DNA of 63,635 nucleotides, the filler included, from Octopus bimaculoides (taxonomy: Eukaryota): assembly GCF_001194135.2 (NCBI RefSeq). It is 7 parts of 7 records of this genome, joined end to end, with 100 filler letters (N's around TTAATTAATTAA, not from the genome) between each part and the next. Parts side by side here need not be neighbours in the genome. Positions count along the whole stretch, not along the records: positions 46,222 to 52,895 come from NC_068996.1; positions 52,996 to 55,462 come from NC_068981.1; positions 55,563 to 61,316 come from NC_068982.1; positions 61,417 to 62,460 come from NW_026437843.1; positions 62,561 to 63,635 come from NW_026382350.1; 2 more parts are not named here. One strand, written 5' to 3'. The position numbers were made by a program, and so were the translations under genes. Shown here one piece after another: positions 51,235 to 63,635 of the stretch. Position 1 is the stretch's first letter. Each line of letters begins with the position of its first letter. Under the pieces are notes generated by a model. The model saw only the letters and a program-made list of their open reading frames with translations, had not been told where the DNA came from and ran no database searches.

Positions 51235-52754
51235 TTTTTCCAACATTCTTCCACTTCTTCTGCTGTTGGTGCTGCAGTAATGTCTATTTTATTTTTACCC
51301 AGTTCTTGGTAGAATTTTTGGGGGTTGGATTTCAACTGTTTGTTTTGTTCAAAGAAACGTAGGCGTTTCTCATACCGACGGATCCTTTGTGCTTTTGCAA
51401 GGATATCTTGCTTTAGCTTTTCTTTTGCCCCAGGTAAATCTTTTTCTGTAATGTATTTGTACAGTATTTTTGCTTTCTTCTTGTTACTTAGTTGTGTTTA
51501 TTGTCTACTAATGTGGGTGGTAGAACTCCTGTTCGGATGGGTTTAAGGGAGTATCCTGCTTCTTTTGTGGCTGCAGTGGCTGCCGCATATATTATGTCAT
51601 TTACCTCAGTGATATTGCCTGTTGTTTCTGTGGTTGTTAGTTCCGTGACGGCCACGTTTATGCTATTTATTATTGATGTTGTTTTATTGTCTATTTTGAT
51701 TTTTGGGAGATATAATCTGTGGTCCAATCTAAGATCTGTGGTTTTCAGTTCTTTGATTATTCTCATTTTCATAGTATCGTAATTATTAGGTTTCCCTTCG
51801 TTACGTTATTCCCAGGTTTTAGATTTGTTTTGCCTTCCTTTTCATTCATATGTTTGTCTGTGGTGTTCTGGTTTGGTGCTTTTTGTACATTATTATACAT
51901 CTCTACGGTCTGGCTTTGTTGTTTTTTGTTTACTTCGTTTTTGGCGGAAATGTTACGTTTGTCTTCGTGTTTTACTATTATTTGGCATTGTTGTGTGGCT
52001 ACTATCTAGATTTTCCTGATGTATTTTTCCTTTTAACTGTTCTATTTCTATTTCTGATATTTCTTTTGCTTAGAGAATATATCTTCCTATGTTAGCTAGT
52101 TTATTAGGTTCATTGTTTTATCGAGGTCTTTAATTACATTATCTTTCTTCCATATTTTATGTGTATGTGTTGTTGCGTTTTCGTTCTTGGGGTAGAGCAC
52201 TGCTGTAAAATAAGCATGTAGGATCGAAATGTATTCCTCACGTGTCTATTTATGCCGTTTTGGTTTTATTTGCGGGACATGAGGAACAACGTCCGGCCCT
52301 TTATTTTGACGGTCATCATTTTCGTAGGGTACCGGTCGGTTCATTTCTGTTGCCAGATTGTTTTGCATGTGTAGTTTTTCGTACTTTTTGTGTTACAAGT
52401 TTAAAGTACGCACTTCTCGGTTGTTATTCTTGGGTGGAATAATACCGGAATTATTTAATCTGTTTGTTATTTTTTTTGTACGTGGTGCTTGGGTTCGGAG
52501 ATGGTCTGGTGTTGATGTAACAAGCGTTTTTGCGTTTGCTGTGCGAGTAGTGGAGATGATATCCAGTTAAAATACATCATTATATTTGGAAAAATAGAAA
52601 TAAATTTGAATGAATATTACTTACTCGGATATAGTCCAACCCTTTGTCAGCTATTTTTGACTCCTTGCAATGTCTTTATTTCCGATGTTTTTGGATAGAT
52701 TTCGGAGCAGTGATTTATCGTTCTCACGTGTTAAACGTCCCCGGTGTCTTCACC
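51235..52754 (-). mobile_element. R4/Dong-clade non-LTR retrotransposon 5' portion (5' UTR plus degenerate N-terminal ORF, no RT)
   Basis: Manual translation gives KRHK*TREEYISILHAYFTA, LPKIKIDNKTTSIINSIN...NITEVNDIIYAAATAA, and AKAQRIRRYEKRLRFFEQNKQLKSNPQKFYQELGKNKIDITAAPTAEEVEECWKNF, all typical pre-RT R4 motifs. The 5' end abuts ~100 bp of (TAA)n. Confidence 0.82.
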
Positions 52755-52773
52755 TTATTATTATTATTATTAC

Positions 52774-52854
<81 letters not shown>

Positions 52855-52857
52855 CAT
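52755..52857. repeat. (TTA)n/(TAA)n microsatellite at the 5' junction of the R4/Dong-like element
   Basis: Seen directly in the sequence. Confidence 0.95.
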
Positions 52858-53399
52858 TATTGTTCAGTAGTTTTATTTTTATAACGTGCTTTCACNNNNN
52901 NNNNNNNNNNNNNNNNNNNNNNNNNNNNNNNNNNNNNNNTTAATTAATTAANNNNNNNNNNNNNNNNNNNNNNNNNNNNNNNNNNNNNNNNNNNNCTTAA
53001 ACAGGAACCGGTTTCGGATTTAACAAATTCTTACCATTTGTCTATTCCTCTTCAGCCTGATTTGTAATGTAACCGCAATCATCAGAATCGTATACAGAGT
53101 TGCCCACCGCCATGGGTGCGCGTGCATATGGTTCTGCTAATTACAGCTTAATGGTAAAATTCAAAAGTCTTCGTTTTGGCGCGCCAATTCCAGGAATATA
53201 TCTGCAGAAAATATTTCCTGCGTCGTATATATTCAGTATGAGAACATGGGTAATGGGTAAAATATTATTATAAAATCTGTTAATTAATCATATATTAATT
53301 AATATCGTGGGTGGTCTACCTCTTGAACGTCTACTAGGGCAGAAACTTCTAAGGTCGTGTTTATCTAGATATACATCGTCATATGTCAATCTAAGTAGG

Positions 53400-54045
53400 A
53401 GGCCCAGTTCTTCTCCTGCTGAGGAGATCTTCCGTGCTGTCACAAACATCAGGTGACATCCGGATTATGGGGCGTATGATCATTGAGAGGAAGTAGGAAA
53501 TCCTGTAGTTGCTAGCGACATTCACTCTACAGACTGGTCTTGTTGGTGGTCCCACCACGGGATCAGTAGTTACTTTGTGATCCTTATGAAGCCCATACAG
53601 TGTTGGAATATCGTTGTTGCAGGCTTGGAAATTGTTGGCTGTGCGTTTCTGGGGTCCAAGAATAATTGTCCACATCATCATGTGGACGTTGAGGACCTTT
53701 TCTCTCTCCTCATGCGCCTGTAAAGTTGTTACTTTCATATTGGTTATGTGAGGTTGCATTGTCTGGATATAGTTCGGCAAGCTGTCTATTGACGTCCTGC
53801 TGGACTTATCTGTGGGAAGGCATACCACTTCTCCGTTCCTCGTGCGCTGCATGAGCTTATGTAGTCCACATGTGGGTATATTCCCGAGTTGTTGGGCCTC
53901 TGTCTCTTAGTGTATAATTCTAAAATCTGTCTAAGTTTGGTCCTAGCTATAGTGAATTGTGCTTCCATGTGGTCATAAGTATGTCTAGGGATGCAGACCC
54001 TTTTGTTAAAGGGTAATGTTGTCGGGTAACTCTGGCTCATGTTGT
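53400..54045 (-). mobile_element. Penelope-like element, N-terminal part of the reverse transcriptase (frameshifted, truncated)
   Basis: VVCLPTDKSSRTSID..NY and IPTLYGLHKDHK...GPPTRPVC...SNYRISYFLSMIIRPII...VCDSTEDLL match the PLE RT pattern PxDK...P.LYGLPK.HK...P.RP. Confidence 0.8.
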
Positions 54046-54076
54046 AAGATTTGTCACGTATGTTGTCACGTATGTT

Positions 54077-54119
<43 letters not shown>

Positions 54120-55176
54120 AATTGACTTGAATTGAACTAGTTTCAGCACATAAGCTGTGGCCATGCAGGGGTACCGCCATTTGGTGTTGCTATATAATTT
54201 TACAGTAATGCTAGCGAGCGGGAAATTCAAATTGAGGTGAGTCCATCTGCGCATGTGTAAGGCACCACAAGGTTACACATGAAGAAGGAAGGTAGCCATA
54301 TTGGAAAAAATGAAAAAATTGTTTGCAGAGAATATATTTCACTTATGTGAAATTTTTTTTTTTGCTTTGGGGACTCTTTCCACAAGAAATATGCACACGT
54401 CTAGATCACCAATGTAATGTGTTCATTTGTTGAAAGTAATAAAGAAAGCAATATCAAAAGGCAAAACCATGTTATTTATTATATGCATACATATGCAGAT
54501 AAGAATCATCATATGTGGCCTGAATGTGCATGTAGTGATATAAACTGATATAAAATGGCAGGCGGCAGTAATGCACTAGCTGTTGCAAAGAACCTTAGGA
54601 GTTAGCAAGTTCTAGAGTGAACTCCACATGATATTGACTGTTCGGGAGTTAACTCAAGACAGCATAATTCTTCAGTGAGTAGCACGAAATGGGTGATGGA
54701 TGATACAGTGAGCTTAAAGTAATATTGCATTTGGTAGTTGGTAAAGATGCTCAAAGCTGTACATTATGAAAAAATGGTGTTGGAGGTCTAGCATCTTCCT
54801 ACTAATTGCTGGCTGACTGGAACAGAATTCCTTTTGTTAAAGCTGCACGACCAGCTCTGATTGGCTGCAGTTACCAAAGCACAACTGTGCTAATCCGCAA
54901 CAACAAAATAGGGCTTCCTTGACTCACATATTAGTAAAACAGTAATGGGTTTCTTTTTATATAAGCAACTTATACATATGAAATACGTGTACATATATTC
55001 ACATAAATACATAAACATGCATATACATAAATATACTTATACCTACACATAAGCATACATACACACATACATACAAATACAGAAAATATATACACACAGG
55101 CATATATACAAATGGTTGCATATACATATAATATATATATATATAATGTCCAAACATACATTCATATATATATATA

Positions 55177-55206
55177 TCTATATATATAAAAATGAGAATG
55201 TGTGTG

Positions 55207-55254
<48 letters not shown>

Positions 55255-55462
55255 GGTCTGTCTGTCTGTCTGTCTGTGAGTGTGAATCCCTAAAACTCGA
55301 GAACTACGCAACCAATTTCATTCAAATTTTACACATGCCTTACTTAGGGTTCCAGTTGTGTTTTAGTAAAAAAAAAAAATTAACTTCTTGCAGAGTTCGA
55401 GCACACGGCAACATAATATCTCCTCCACTATTTAAGTATTACGTGTCAAAAGTGAAACAAAA
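55177..55462 (+). mobile_element. Non-autonomous Helitron 5' part with internal (CTGT)n; 3' end lost in the gap
   Basis: Begins A|TCTATATATATAAAAATGAGAATG, followed by a (TGTC)n microsatellite and then sequence shared with 50466-50545 (reverse) and 23622-23700. Confidence 0.7.
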
Positions 55463-55562
55463 NNNNNNNNNNNNNNNNNNNNNNNNNNNNNNNNNNNNNN
55501 NNNNNNTTAATTAATTAANNNNNNNNNNNNNNNNNNNNNNNNNNNNNNNNNNNNNNNNNNNN

Positions 55563-55609
<47 letters not shown>

Positions 55610-56189
55610 CTGTGTGGGAGGGTGCAACAAAAGTATGGTTTAACAACTATTTAGCAGTAGCACAGGCCCTCAGAAATTCCAGGGTAGTGTCTGGCATGCT
55701 GGATGACCATTGGAAGTGAGGCACTCCTTAGCTTTTGTTAAAGCATGTCTATACAAGGTCACTCTGATATAAAACCAGATATGTGGAGAATGGCATTGAA
55801 CATTTTGGGAATCATTAGTTTTCACTTGATATCATGGCACTCCCACATTCCTGAACCTGCAACCCATATTGGTGCTGGATCATGTCCCTAGGGTGAAGAG
55901 GGACTGTAAGGTGCTGTGCGAGCCTTATTGAACCTTAAATTTTAGGTTGTGCAATTTCAGGTGAGGCAACTAACCAATGAGAGCACTTCTGCAAGTATAG
56001 AATCCATGAACACAAACCAGGTGAAGTCAACTGCTGGTACAGTAACCTCATGTACAAGCATTGCTGGTATTTTTCAAGGGCAATGGTCAGTGATAGTCTT
56101 CATCAGTTGTGAGTGGACAGCCATCAAAATGTATATAATCACACATGTGCTGTTTGTGAAATTTTTCCTTCTCTGAACTTTTCCATTTT

Positions 56190-57017
56190 CGCAAGTGCAG
56201 TTTATTGCCCAAAGATTGAAGGGTGCTCTTAAATGGGCTGGTTATGCTGCACTGGCATAGGCCATGGTTACAGTCTCACTTGGCTTGCCAGGTCTTCTCA
56301 AGCACAGCATATCTCCTAAGGTCTCAGTCACCTGTCATTGCCTCGGTGAGGCCCAATGTTTGAAGGTCGTGCTTCATCACCTCATCCCAGGTCTTCCTGG
56401 GTCTACCTCTTCCACAGGTTCCATACACAACACATGATCATACCAGCACAGTCATCTCTCTTGGATGACTGATGCTTCTTATGTCCAACTTTTCTCTCAG
56501 GGCACTTACACTCTGTCATGTATGCACACTGACATTATACATCCATCGGAGCATACTAGCTTCATTCCTTGTAAGCTTACGCGTGTCCTCAACAGTCACG
56601 GTCCATGTGTCACTGCCATGTAGCATGGCTGTTCACATACGTGTCATACAGTCTACCTTTTACACTGAGCGAGAGGCCCTTTGTCACCAGCAGAGGTAGG
56701 AGCTCTCTGAACTTTGCCCAGGCTATTCTTATTCTAGCAGCTACACTCTCAGAGCATCCACCCTTACTACTGACTTGGGCACCTAGGTAATGGAAGTTAT
56801 CAGCTACTTGTAGTTTTCCCCCTGGAATGTGACGGAAGCTGTTTTCTGTACATTTTCAGTGTTTATTGCTCCTGAGCATTTGCCACACACACAAACTATC
56901 TTTGCAGTTAGCCTTCCTTTGATATTGCTGCACCTCTTATGTGTCCATAGCTTATGAAGTTTCTACCTATACCTTTTCTACAGATTGAGCACGGCCATCT
57001 ACCTGAAGGGATTAGTG

Positions 57018-57018
<1 letters not shown>
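56190..57018 (-). mobile_element. RTE-like LINE 3' fragment (Cys-rich insert, RT C-terminus, 3' UTR)
   Basis: SGRWPCSICRKGIGRN...CGKCSG...YLGAQVSSKGGCSESVAARIRIAWAKFRELLPLLVTKGLSL...GRPRKTWDEVMKHDL, with stops and frameshifts. Confidence 0.82.
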
Positions 57019-57104
<86 letters not shown>

Positions 57105-58018
57105 GATAGGGAGGGAGAGGTATATATATATATACACACACACACAGGGATTGGGAGAGAGAGAGGTACACACACACACCCACACACAATGATGATAAAT
57201 AGTAAAACAACAGGAAATAATAAATATTTAAGCAAGAAAAAACATTGAAAATAAAGGAATTTGCAGGAAATTGATTGAGTCCATACATATGTTACCACAT
57301 AATGCAGCAATCATGAAGTTTTCTGCTCTGAATATGTATGTATTCTCTCTCTGTTTTTTTTGGGTTTTTTTTTCATATAAGCTAAAGTTTTTTAACCCTT
57401 TTTCTTCTGCTTTTTCTTTCCCCATTTTCTTTGATGTCTGTGAGTGAAATAAACGAACAACATAGAATTAACACCTGCCATAATAAAACAATGTAACTAG
57501 TAGATTGTCATGTCAAAACATGGTAAAAATAAAAAAAATAAAAAGAAATGTGCACATTATTGGCTATAGGAAGGAAAAGGTATTAGAAAACAGCAAACAC
57601 TAACAACTGCAACAAAAACAATAGCAACATCTATAACAATAGCAATTACAAAAAAGCAAAAAAATCAGTTGTAATGTTTAATAAGACAATGAAAGGTAGG
57701 TTCGGTAAAGCATCAAACCGAAGTACCTTGTGATGTTTTTTTATGCCCTTTTATATTCTCAGTCAAATCTAGACCCACCCTGAATAATATTACCTTTCTT
57801 CCTTCTGCGATTAAGTTGATATAAATTAAGTTATTAATCTGTTAATCTACAAGAATACTTGTGTTGATATTAATGAAAAAATCATCCACTGATCTTGAAG
57901 GTATTGCTCCAGCTTGGTACATTCAAATGACTAAAATCAGCATAAGAATAAATATTAAGATATCGGATCAAAAGCAAATTTTGGTGATTATGTAGATGAA
58001 GCATACATAGTAGTAGTC

Positions 58019-58072
<54 letters not shown>

Positions 58073-59624
58073 TCAGCAGCAGTAGCAGCAGTAGCTGCAG
58101 TTACTATTATTGGTGTTTAGCCCCTGTTTGACTCCAATCAAGCACTTCTATAATTTGAAATGTACTAGCTGTAGTCAGACTCTCTTTTTAAAAGGACAGA
58201 GAAGGTCAAGCCATTTTCATTCCAGCTCCCTGCACTCTAAGATCAAATCTACCTAAGTGAACTTTGCCTTTCGTCTTTTTGGTGTTTATAAATAATGTAC
58301 CAGTCCTGTACCAGGGTTGATTCTCTCTCTCTGTGTCTCCCTCTCTCTCTCTGTCTCCCTCTCTCTCTCTCTCTCTCTGTCTCCCTCTCTCTCTGTCTCC
58401 CTCTCACTCTCTCTCTATCTCCCTCTCTCTCTCTTTCTCTCTCTCTCCCTTTTTCTCTTTCTCTCCCCCCTCGCTCTTGGTTGCAATCAGTTGTAGTTAG
58501 ACCTGAAGAAGGATGAGGTCTACCACATTTTAAAATGCGCAGGACATGCTGTATGTTATGACAGCACCATTACAATACCATTAGGTTTGGAGGACCCATG
58601 GCCAAGCACAAAGTGAGCATTTTTCAATATTTTTCAGATATAACATATCTAGGACTATATTATCCAAAATGCCTTATAAGTAGCTCAATAATCACAACTT
58701 GATACTTACTGTTCAGATGAATGAACTGAGGCACAGAACAGTGACTGCTCTGTTGAAGGATCAATGAAAGTGACTTAGCAAAAGTGGATTTCTCCTTTCT
58801 TTCTTAATATTAAATAAACCAGAATTAAAGCACTGACTTAGCAAATTATTAACTTTATATTTTGAATATAAGTAACAATATAAGCGTTTAGGTGAGCTGA
58901 AATTTTGAGTTGGCTGCTCTTAAACTAAATATACTTTTGTCAAAGAAATTATATCAGTATAGTAATTCTCAAGTCAAAGCTTATAATTTATTTTGGCGTG
59001 AAAACCATTATCATTTCTGTTACAAGAATCAAATGGCTACACACTAGGATCTGCAACTGCTAGAGATACCGATATAACCTATAATTTCTTTGTGGATAAT
59101 TTGAAGAACAATACTAAAAATGATGATAGTGTCAAAAGAAACAGCTGGTCTTTGTAAAAGAGATGGATTAACAATAGTTTCAGCTGAAATAGCAGTTGAG
59201 TTTGACCCCAAAAAGTGATTTGTATTTGATTGTTGAATGTGGAAAATCAGTCCTACAAAAACTAAAATTATGCATCAACAGTTTTCTATCCCTCCTGTTC
59301 CACTCAAAGAAATATTGCAAACACCTAGGTAATGATGCCCCAGCATTTCATTTAAGCTGAGTGTTCCTAATCTTGTGAGGTTGTGGTTGCCACTGCCACG
59401 TGAAAAGCACCTGTGCTGATTCCACATAAAAGCACCTATTACATTCTATGAAGTGGTTGGCATTAGGAAGGGCATCCAGCCATAGAAACCATTTCAATAT
59501 AGATATGGAGCCCGGGCAGCTCTTCAGCTGACCAACTACTGTCAAACTGTCCAACACATGCCAACATGAAGAACTGATTTTATATATGATGATGATATTA
59601 TACAAAAGTACTATGATTAAAGAT

Positions 59625-59830
59625 TGAGTGACTCAAGAATAATTACACCAAGTTATAGCAACTGGAACTCTCCTCTTACAACAAGACAAAATCCTGCACT
59701 GCATTTGCAGTACCAGTGTTGATACCGACCTATGGGATACTAGACTGGTCTGCAGAAGAAATCCATTCCATAGATATTAAAACTACTGCAAGATCCTGAC
59801 AGTAACTGGAAACTTCTACAGGAACAGTGG
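59625..59830 (+). pseudogene. R4/Dong-like post-RT fragment
   Basis: Manual translation QLELSSYNKTKSCTAFAVPVLIPTYGILDWSAEEIHSIDIKT, then after a frameshift KILTVTGNFYRNS. Confidence 0.75.
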
Positions 59831-61026
59831 CCTGTTTTGACCTAAGTCAGTGACTTTTCCCTTGAATAAACGTTGATACCATTGGCAGGGTAGATTTACA
59901 TGCATGGAAAACTGGTGATTGTGTGTCCAATACATGTGCAGGTGCATGATTGACCCTGACTGATGTAGGCCCTATGTAGTAGCCACTGCAGCTGCAGCAG
60001 CAGCAACATCAATATAATATATTATGATCATGTATATTATCATTTCTAACTGATAACAAAGGTGGAATACAGTGTTAGGCAAGTGGAGTAGGAAGAAGAA
60101 TGGCATATGATGTGTGTTGTTGTTGTTGTGGTTGTTTGAACCCAGATCGACCCTGACCAGGTAAACCTATGGTTAAAGACACTCCAGCTATGGCCTTCCA
60201 ATCTTATTTACCTAGGACTACTTTACTGAATATGTCCTATGTGTCCTGTCATTTTTAAGATGACAAAATGCGATTTGAGCGAGACATGGTTGTTGTTTCT
60301 GGCAGTTCGAACGACCACAAGGAAGATCCCTCATTGGCTTGAGTGTTGTTGCTACTGTTTCACTCAAGTTCAAACATGATTGGGCAAACCTATGATTAAA
60401 GACAATTCACTCATGACCATCCTGTCTGTTTCCAATGTACAGGGAACTCAAGATCACATTAGTTAACATTTTTTTACTTAAAAAAATGGGAGGGTATTAT
60501 GTGAGGGATATTTGGCCTGTAACATGGCTGGAGTCGCTCCACCTGGAGCAGTCCTTGAAATGTTTCCTTGTTCCCTTGAGCAACACAGAATAATAAAAAG
60601 CTGCCCTCTCCACTCTTGGACTGCTCCCGCCCTTCATCATCTTTTAGTTGTGTTTGTGGATTTGGCTGCACTTTCTAGCAGTTTGAATGACCACAAAGAC
60701 ATGACGTTTTTAGCTTGTATAGTGTAATGAGATGTTGTGGAATGTAGGCAAATGAAATGAATGATAATTAGGCATGATTAAATTGAGTTTAGTTCTGATA
60801 ACAAAATTAAAATAAGTGTAATAAGCACACCATCTTCAGAGAAAAAATATAAAATAATTTTTAAAAAGCGATTTATTAAATATAAATAAGATGAAAACAA
60901 AAGAAGGAAGAGAGGGAGGAGGAAATACAAATTTCCTGATAGCCTAAAGGACACTTAATATGAAAGTAGTGATAGGTTTATGTGAACAAGACAGAACCAG
61001 TTCTCAATCTTCAGTTATATTAAACA

Positions 61027-61117
61027 CTAGCAGAAATACCCGGCGTTGCCCGGGTTAAAGAGAATAATGAAATCTAAAAACGCCGTCTAGACAACGCATC
61101 ATCTTTATATATAGAGA
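61027..61117 (-). mobile_element. Complete 91-bp non-autonomous mini-Helitron
   Basis: Minus strand reads A|TCTCTATATATAAAG...ACCCGG-GCAACG-CCGGGT-ATTTCTG-CTAG|T: 5'-TC, 3' GC hairpin, CTAG end, inserted at an A|T dinucleotide with no TSD. Confidence 0.88.
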
Positions 61118-61469
61118 TGTATATACACACACGCACCCAAACACACGTATATATATGTATATCAATATAAATATATGAAAGTCAATGAAGTTTCGTAAAA
61201 GAAGGTGATCATGTACATACTTTCTTGCTGTTGTGATTATAACACCTCGTTGTAAACAATGTTCCTTGTTTTCCCTTGTGGAGCATATACAAATAGTTTT
61301 TTTTTTTTTGCTGCCCNNNNNNNNNNNNNNNNNNNNNNNNNNNNNNNNNNNNNNNNNNNNTTAATTAATTAANNNNNNNNNNNNNNNNNNNNNNNNNNNN
61401 NNNNNNNNNNNNNNNNATATACGTACATAAGTAATACATATACACACACAGATATCACACTGCCATCAG

Positions 61470-61701
61470 TCATTGATCATCACCATCACCACCATCATCA
61501 TCATCATCATCATCATCATCGTCTTCGTCAGCGTCATCGTCATCATCGTCATCATCATCGTCATGTTCACTTATCACAGTTCAAGCAGAAGCAGTGTGAA
61601 CACGATAAAGATTTATCTCATCCTACTCCCACCCGACACACCAAACTACGTGACTGGGTACACTCGCATGTTTATTGTTATTATTATTATTATTATTATT
61701 G

Positions 61702-61739
<38 letters not shown>

Positions 61740-62424
61740 GTTATTATTGTTTTTACTATTACTATTATTATTATTGTTTTTATTATTATTATTATTATCA
61801 TTATTATTATTATTGCTATTATTATTATCATTATTATTATTATCATTATTATTATTATTACTACTTATTATTATCAGTATTATTATTATTACTATTATTA
61901 TTATCAGTATTATTATTATTATTATTATTATTATCATCATGGTTTTTTCCTCCTCCTCGTGCTCCTTCTCCTGCTCCTTCTCCTCCTGCCTCCCCTTCTC
62001 CCCCCCCCTCATCATCCTTGTCAAAAATATCATCATTATCATTGTTGATGTTGCTGTTGTTGTTATTACTATTACTATGGCTATTACTTTTTTAGTTTTA
62101 TTATTATTGTTGTTGTTACTATTACCGCTATTAGGTTATTGTTATTGTTCTCATTGTTATCATTATTAAGTATTATTGTTATTATTATTTTTATTATGTT
62201 GTTTGCTTAATGTCTTTATGTTTGTGTTGTTTTTTTTGTTGTTGTTTATGTTTTGTTGCTTCATTGTTATTTTCTAAATTATTTTCTGTTTTTGCAGGTG
62301 GATAAAATGGAATTGTGGGTGACGATTGGTGGTGGTAGTGGTGGTGATGGTGGTGGTGGTGGTGGTGGGGGTAATGGTGGGAGACTTCAACTGATAGTAA
62401 AAAATGTAGAGGAGCAATGACAAT

Positions 62425-62460
<36 letters not shown>
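61470..62460. repeat. Compound trinucleotide low-complexity tract (CAT/TAT/TTG/GGT)
   Basis: Seen directly; it produces the poly-I, poly-L and poly-N ORFs in the track. Confidence 0.95.
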
Positions 62461-62993
62461 NNNNNNNNNNNNNNNNNNNNNNNNNNNNNNNNNNNNNNNN
62501 NNNNTTAATTAATTAANNNNNNNNNNNNNNNNNNNNNNNNNNNNNNNNNNNNNNNNNNNNTACTGTGTAGTGACAAAATGCGTCTAAAACTGCGTATATC
62601 ATACACATATCTCAATGTACGCACGTATATATCTACATGCGCATGTATCCACTGGCACATATAAAGTTCCTTGTACGTGTCTATAAGCGCACGGAAAAAA
62701 GTTTGGAGGGGAGAAAAACAGAAAAACTATATGTTGAAAAATACAAAAACCATTAATCCTATAACAATGTAAAAAACATAAAAATAATTAAAAAAATATA
62801 TAACAATATAAAAATATAAAATTCAGGTAAAAAGTGAAAAAACTTATGCATAGACACAATATGGAAGCCTATCAGAGCCGCCCATCAGCACAAATATTAA
62901 AAAATATATAAAAATACATATATAAAGTCTAAGAAATAATTATAGAGAGACAGAAAAAAAATATATAATAGAAAGCAAGTCCAATCTGTAACC

Positions 62994-63566
62994 TCAGGGG
63001 CACCAAAAACGTAGCAAATATTTGGTCACATGTGGACATGATCTGAAAAGTTCAGTCTTTGAATTTAGACATGTGGTAGGGTCCAAGCTGCCTTTCCAGA
63101 TGAGCCGTCTTTCCATATCACACAGACCGCACCTTCCGCTGCTGCTGGTGGAGGGTTTACACTTGGCTAAGATCTTCCAATGGATGTTGTAACCAGCACC
63201 TTTATCTTTTAAAGACCATATATGACTGGATAATTTTGTCGTTTTTCTTTTATCTCAGTGCCTAAAACTCAAAGTGTGATTATTGTATCTGGCCTTGAAA
63301 TTACCCTCTGTGAGGCCCACGTATTTCTTCGTGGAAACTGCATTCTTAGTGGATATGGAATCTACGGTGGCTTCATAAATGATAGTTTCGGACATGCAAG
63401 CTCCATTTAGCGGGCACAAGTTTTTATCTCTGCATGAACAGCTGGCTTCATATTGCTGCTTTTCTGTTTTGTGTGCGATTATGTTCTAAAAATTAGCGGT
63501 TGAGCTGAAACTGATTTTTAAGTTATGTCTGTTGAAGATCTTCCTGTAATTATGGTTAACTGGAAA
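62994..63566 (-). pseudogene. Penelope-like element C-terminal GIY-YIG endonuclease domain, 190 codons with two in-frame stops (absent from the ORF track)
   Basis: Manual translation FPVNHNYRKIFNRHNLKISFSSTANF*NII...CSCRDKNLCPLNGACMSETIIYEATV...KKYVGLTEGNFKARYNNHTLSFRH*DKRKTTKLSSHIWSLKDKG...HWKILAKCKP...RCGLCDMERRLI...CLNSKTELFRSCPHVTKYLL, with no frameshift. Confidence 0.88.
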
Positions 63567-63635
63567 GCTACTTACCACACATATAAATATATATATACAC
63601 ATAAATATATATATAGATATATATATATACATAAG

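Noticed and set aside
53040-53400. CpG-containing stretch as a promoter
   Set aside because: Adjacent to a PLE fragment and a scaffold join; more likely TE-derived, with no gene to link it to.
1-63635. CRISPR array or prokaryotic defence system
   Set aside because: No regularly spaced direct repeats with unique spacers; the DNA is clearly eukaryotic (spliceosomal introns, SINEs, 28S rRNA).

Overview
Eukaryotic, AT-rich, microsatellite-dense genomic DNA from a gapped assembly. The SINE, LINE and Helitron repertoire points to a coleoid cephalopod, probably Octopus (inference). Six 100-bp spacers (44 N + TTAATTAATTAA + 44 N) mark scaffold joins, so linkage across them is not guaranteed. One protein-coding gene is well supported: a 3-coding-exon lipid droplet-associated hydrolase (LDAH, minus strand, 31847-34628, 317 aa, GHSIG alpha/beta-hydrolase). 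The rest is transposon debris plus an orphan 28S rDNA fragment lying between two divergent Helitron pieces. The debris includes R4/Dong-like non-LTR pieces (two abutting (TAA)n), Penelope-like RT and GIY-YIG pieces, RTE- and CR1-like LINEs, Helitrons (including a complete 91-bp mini-Helitron) and many tRNA-derived SINEs. The most unusual element is a 468-bp head-to-head fold-back tRNA-SINE with a hammerhead-like Penelope-type tail, flanked by a 14-bp target-site duplication. Also notable are a possible in-frame hydrophobic N-terminal extension of LDAH and weak exon candidates for an unrecognised minus-strand gene at 12-21 kb. No CRISPR array or intact tRNA gene was found.
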